A DNA stretch of 63,496 nt, the filler included, from Octopus bimaculoides (Eukaryota): assembly GCF_001194135.2 (NCBI RefSeq). It is 5 parts of 5 records of this genome, joined end to end, with 100 filler letters (N's around TTAATTAATTAA, not from the genome) between each part and the next. Parts side by side here need not be neighbours in the genome. Positions count along the whole stretch, not along the records: positions 60,926 to 63,496 come from NW_026403179.1; 4 more parts are not named here. One strand, given 5' to 3'. How positions within the stretch are numbered: position 1 is the first letter of the stretch; each line of letters opens with the position of its first letter. Positions 60,928-63,496 of this stretch are shown here, piece by piece. Under the pieces are notes generated by a model. The model saw only the letters and a list, made by a program, of their open reading frames with translations, searched no databases and had not been told where the DNA came from. Both the position numbers and the translations under genes were made by a program.

Positions 60928-61729
60928 AAACATGCAAATGCTTTTGTACACCATTATGTCAAACGCGGTTACAGTAAATCACGATTAAAGGAATTATCCA
61001 ATGAAATAGCTAAGATTAGCAAAGATAGTCAAACCTACACGCATAATTTTAGCAAACGCAATACAACAGATGACAGAATTCCTTTAGTGATTATCTGGCA
61101 CCGACATTTCGTTGGTATTTCAAAAGTGTTGCATGAAAGTTACCAGCATGTGGTGAAAAAATATCCTCGTTTCAAACAGATATTTCGTTTGTCGCCTATT
61201 GTAGCCTTTCGACGGAATAATAATATAAGAGAATTATTGACCTCTATTTCTGACTCCAAGAAGGCGAAAATTAGAGTATCTGCACACTGTAACTTAAAGA
61301 ACAGCCGCAAGAGAGGCAAGCACTGCTCATTGAGCAACAACATGAGTGAAGTGAATTCCATCAGAAATCATAATAGAAATGTTATGATTTATACAGAAGG
61401 TGGAACATGTAAAGATTCCCATTTGGTGTATGCTGTAGAATGCACGAAACACAACTTGATTTATGTTGGTTGAACAATTAAACAAAAGGTTTAATGGGCA
61501 CAGATTCCACGTCAGGCACAATAACAGTAGTTCGACAGAACATTTCGTTTCAAGCGGCTGCAATTTTGAAGAAGACTTGAAAGTGTATATTCTCAGAAAA
61601 TATTCTGAATCTGCTTCAATTTTACTTCTCAGAATGTATGAAGAGAAATATGTTTGCGGGTTATTAACATCACGCCCTGGAGGAATGAATAAGATGACAG
61701 GAGGATATCATAAAATTTATACAAAATAG
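60928..61729 (+). mobile_element. Penelope-like element: RT C-terminus, linker and GIY-YIG endonuclease (one frameshift)
   Basis: Frame open from the contig edge: KRGYS, RIPLVIIWH, PIVAFRRNNNIRELL, TCKDSHLVYAVECTKHNLIYVG; after a shift near 61470: KRFNGH...EEKYVCGLLTSRPGGMN. Confidence 0.88.
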
Positions 61730-62969
61730 TTTGATTAAATATTCTTCTTTCTCTCTTTTTTCTTTCCTTTTTTTTTCTTCTTTTTTCTATTTTTTTCTGT
61801 CTTTTTCTTTTCGCTTGTTATAAAATTGAAACTTAAAAACTGATGATGTCATTCCATCAACGTATGGACGCTGGTTTCTCTCGTTCATACTTTACGTTTA
61901 AATTTCTGTAATTTTGGATTTTTATCACTTCTTATTTTGAACTTNNNNNNNNNNNNNNNNNNNNNNNNNNNNNNNNNNNNNNNNNNNNNNNNNNNNNNNN
62001 NNNNNNNNNNNNNNNNNNNNNNNNNNNNNNNNNNNNNNNNNNNNNNNNNNNNNNNNNNNNNNNNNNNNNNNNNNNNNNNNNNNNNNNNNNNNNNNNNNNN
62101 NNNNNNNNNNNNNNNNNNNNNNNNNNNNNNNNNNNNNNNNNNNNNNNNNNNNNNNNNNNNNNNNNNNNNNNNNNNNNNNNNNNNNNNNNNNNNNNNNNNN
62201 NNNNNNNNNNNNNNNNNNNNNNNNNNNNNNNNNNNNNNNNNNNNNNNNNNNNNNNNNNNNNNNNNNNNNNNNNNNNNNNNNNNNNNNNNNNNNNNNNNNN
62301 NNNNNNNNNNNNNNNNNNNNNNNNNNNNNNNNNNNNNNNNNNNNNNNNNNNNNNNNNNNNNNNNNNNNNNNNNNNNNNNNNNNNNNNNNNNNNNNNNNNN
62401 NNNNNNNNNNNNNNNNNNNNNNNNNNNNNNNNNNNNNNNNNNNNNNNNNNNNNNNNNNNNNNNNNNNNNNNNNNNNNNNNNNNNNNNNNNNNNNNNNNNN
62501 NNNNNNNNNNNNNNNNNNNNNNNNNNNNNNNNNNNNNNNNNNNNNNNNNNNNNNNNNNNNNNNNNNNNNNNNNNNNNNNNNNNNNNNNNNNNNNNNNNNN
62601 NNNNNNNNNNNNNNNNNNNNNNNNNNNNNNNNNNNNNNNNNNNNNNNNNNNNNNNNNNNNNNNNNNNNNNNNNNNNNNNNNNNNNNNNNNNNNNNNNNNN
62701 NNNNNNNNNNNNNNNNNNNNNNNNNNNNNNNNNNNNNNNNNNNNNNNNNNNNNNNNNNNNNNNNNNNNNNNNCCGTATGAAATTTTCAAAAGAAAAAAAT
62801 ATTTATTGCCTCAAATTAAAATTAAATGAAACAAATATTACAAGAATTATATAAAAAAAAATTTGAAAGGAAAATTAATTTCCATGTTATTTCTGTGTTT
62901 TGCAAGTTGAAACAGAAACACAATCGCCATCCTTTCGTCGCTCTTTCTCCACCCCCGCTTTTTCTGTCC

Positions 62970-63028
<59 letters not shown>

Positions 63029-63049
63029 GTATTCTTATTCTTTTACACG

Positions 63050-63235
63050 TTTCAGGCATTTGACTACGGCCGTGCTGGAGCAAAGCCTTTAATCGAACAA
63101 ATCGACTCCCTGCTGGACTTACACTCTATTAGCCTAGTACTGATTGCATCGTTCTCGTTCACCAAACCGCTAAGTTGCGGGGACGTAAACGCTTTAATAT
63201 CGATTGGCAAGCGATGACTGGGGGACAAACACAGA
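63050..63235 (-). mobile_element. SINE family A 3' half
   Basis: tttcaggcatttgactacggccgtgctggagc...accgctaagttgcggggacgtaaac. Confidence 0.8.
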
Positions 63236-63334
63236 AAAAAATACATACATACATACATACACACACACACATATATATATACACATTTACATACATATAT
63301 AATACACACACACACACACATACATACATACAGA

Positions 63335-63470
63335 GGTGAGCACATGGGTGCAAAACAAGAAGTTAAAAATAGTACGTGAATACCAAACGTAGAGTAAAAG
63401 ACTTTTTAATAAAGATGCAAAATTATCACAGAACTGTCACTCAGAGTTTTACGCTCCCGTTCGTTGGATA
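63335..63470 (-). mobile_element. Second copy of the short hammerhead-like-motif element
   Basis: Minus strand: CCAACGA-acg(GGAG)cgt-AAAAC-tctga-GTG-acagt; flanks homologous to 52970-53102. Confidence 0.6.
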
Positions 63471-63496
63471 TTTGTGGTGTATATATATATATATAT

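Overview
Repeat-saturated, AT-rich eukaryotic (animal) genomic DNA with no confidently identifiable intact host gene. The SINE/LINE repertoire and very high microsatellite density point to a coleoid cephalopod, probably Octopus; this is inferred from recalled repeat families, not from a search. The window is not one locus. Four identical 100-nt spacers (44 N + TTAATTAATTAA + 44 N) join five pieces: 1-22158, 22259-50264, 50365-58358, 58459-60825 and 60926-63496. Content: at least four tRNA-derived SINE families; RTE, CR1/L2-type, R4/Dong-type and Penelope-like retroelement remnants; mariner, maT-type and hAT DNA transposon remnants and MITEs; two Helentron/DINE-1-like elements; many micro- and minisatellites. 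Most long ORFs in the supplied track are artefacts of N runs or microsatellites. Best leads: (i) several hammerhead-ribozyme-like motifs in short microsatellite-flanked elements, three sharing a CCGANGA-type core; (ii) a nearly intact Penelope GIY-YIG ORF end; (iii) a mariner TIR containing a consensus RFX X-box; (iv) a 279-bp exact duplication flanking a young RTE end; (v) tandem pseudoknot-like units in the RTE 3' UTR; (vi) a CpG-depleted segment with a CpG-retaining promoter/first-exon candidate near 42.7 kb and weak exon candidates. I found no convincing wholly new biological system; these are leads to test.
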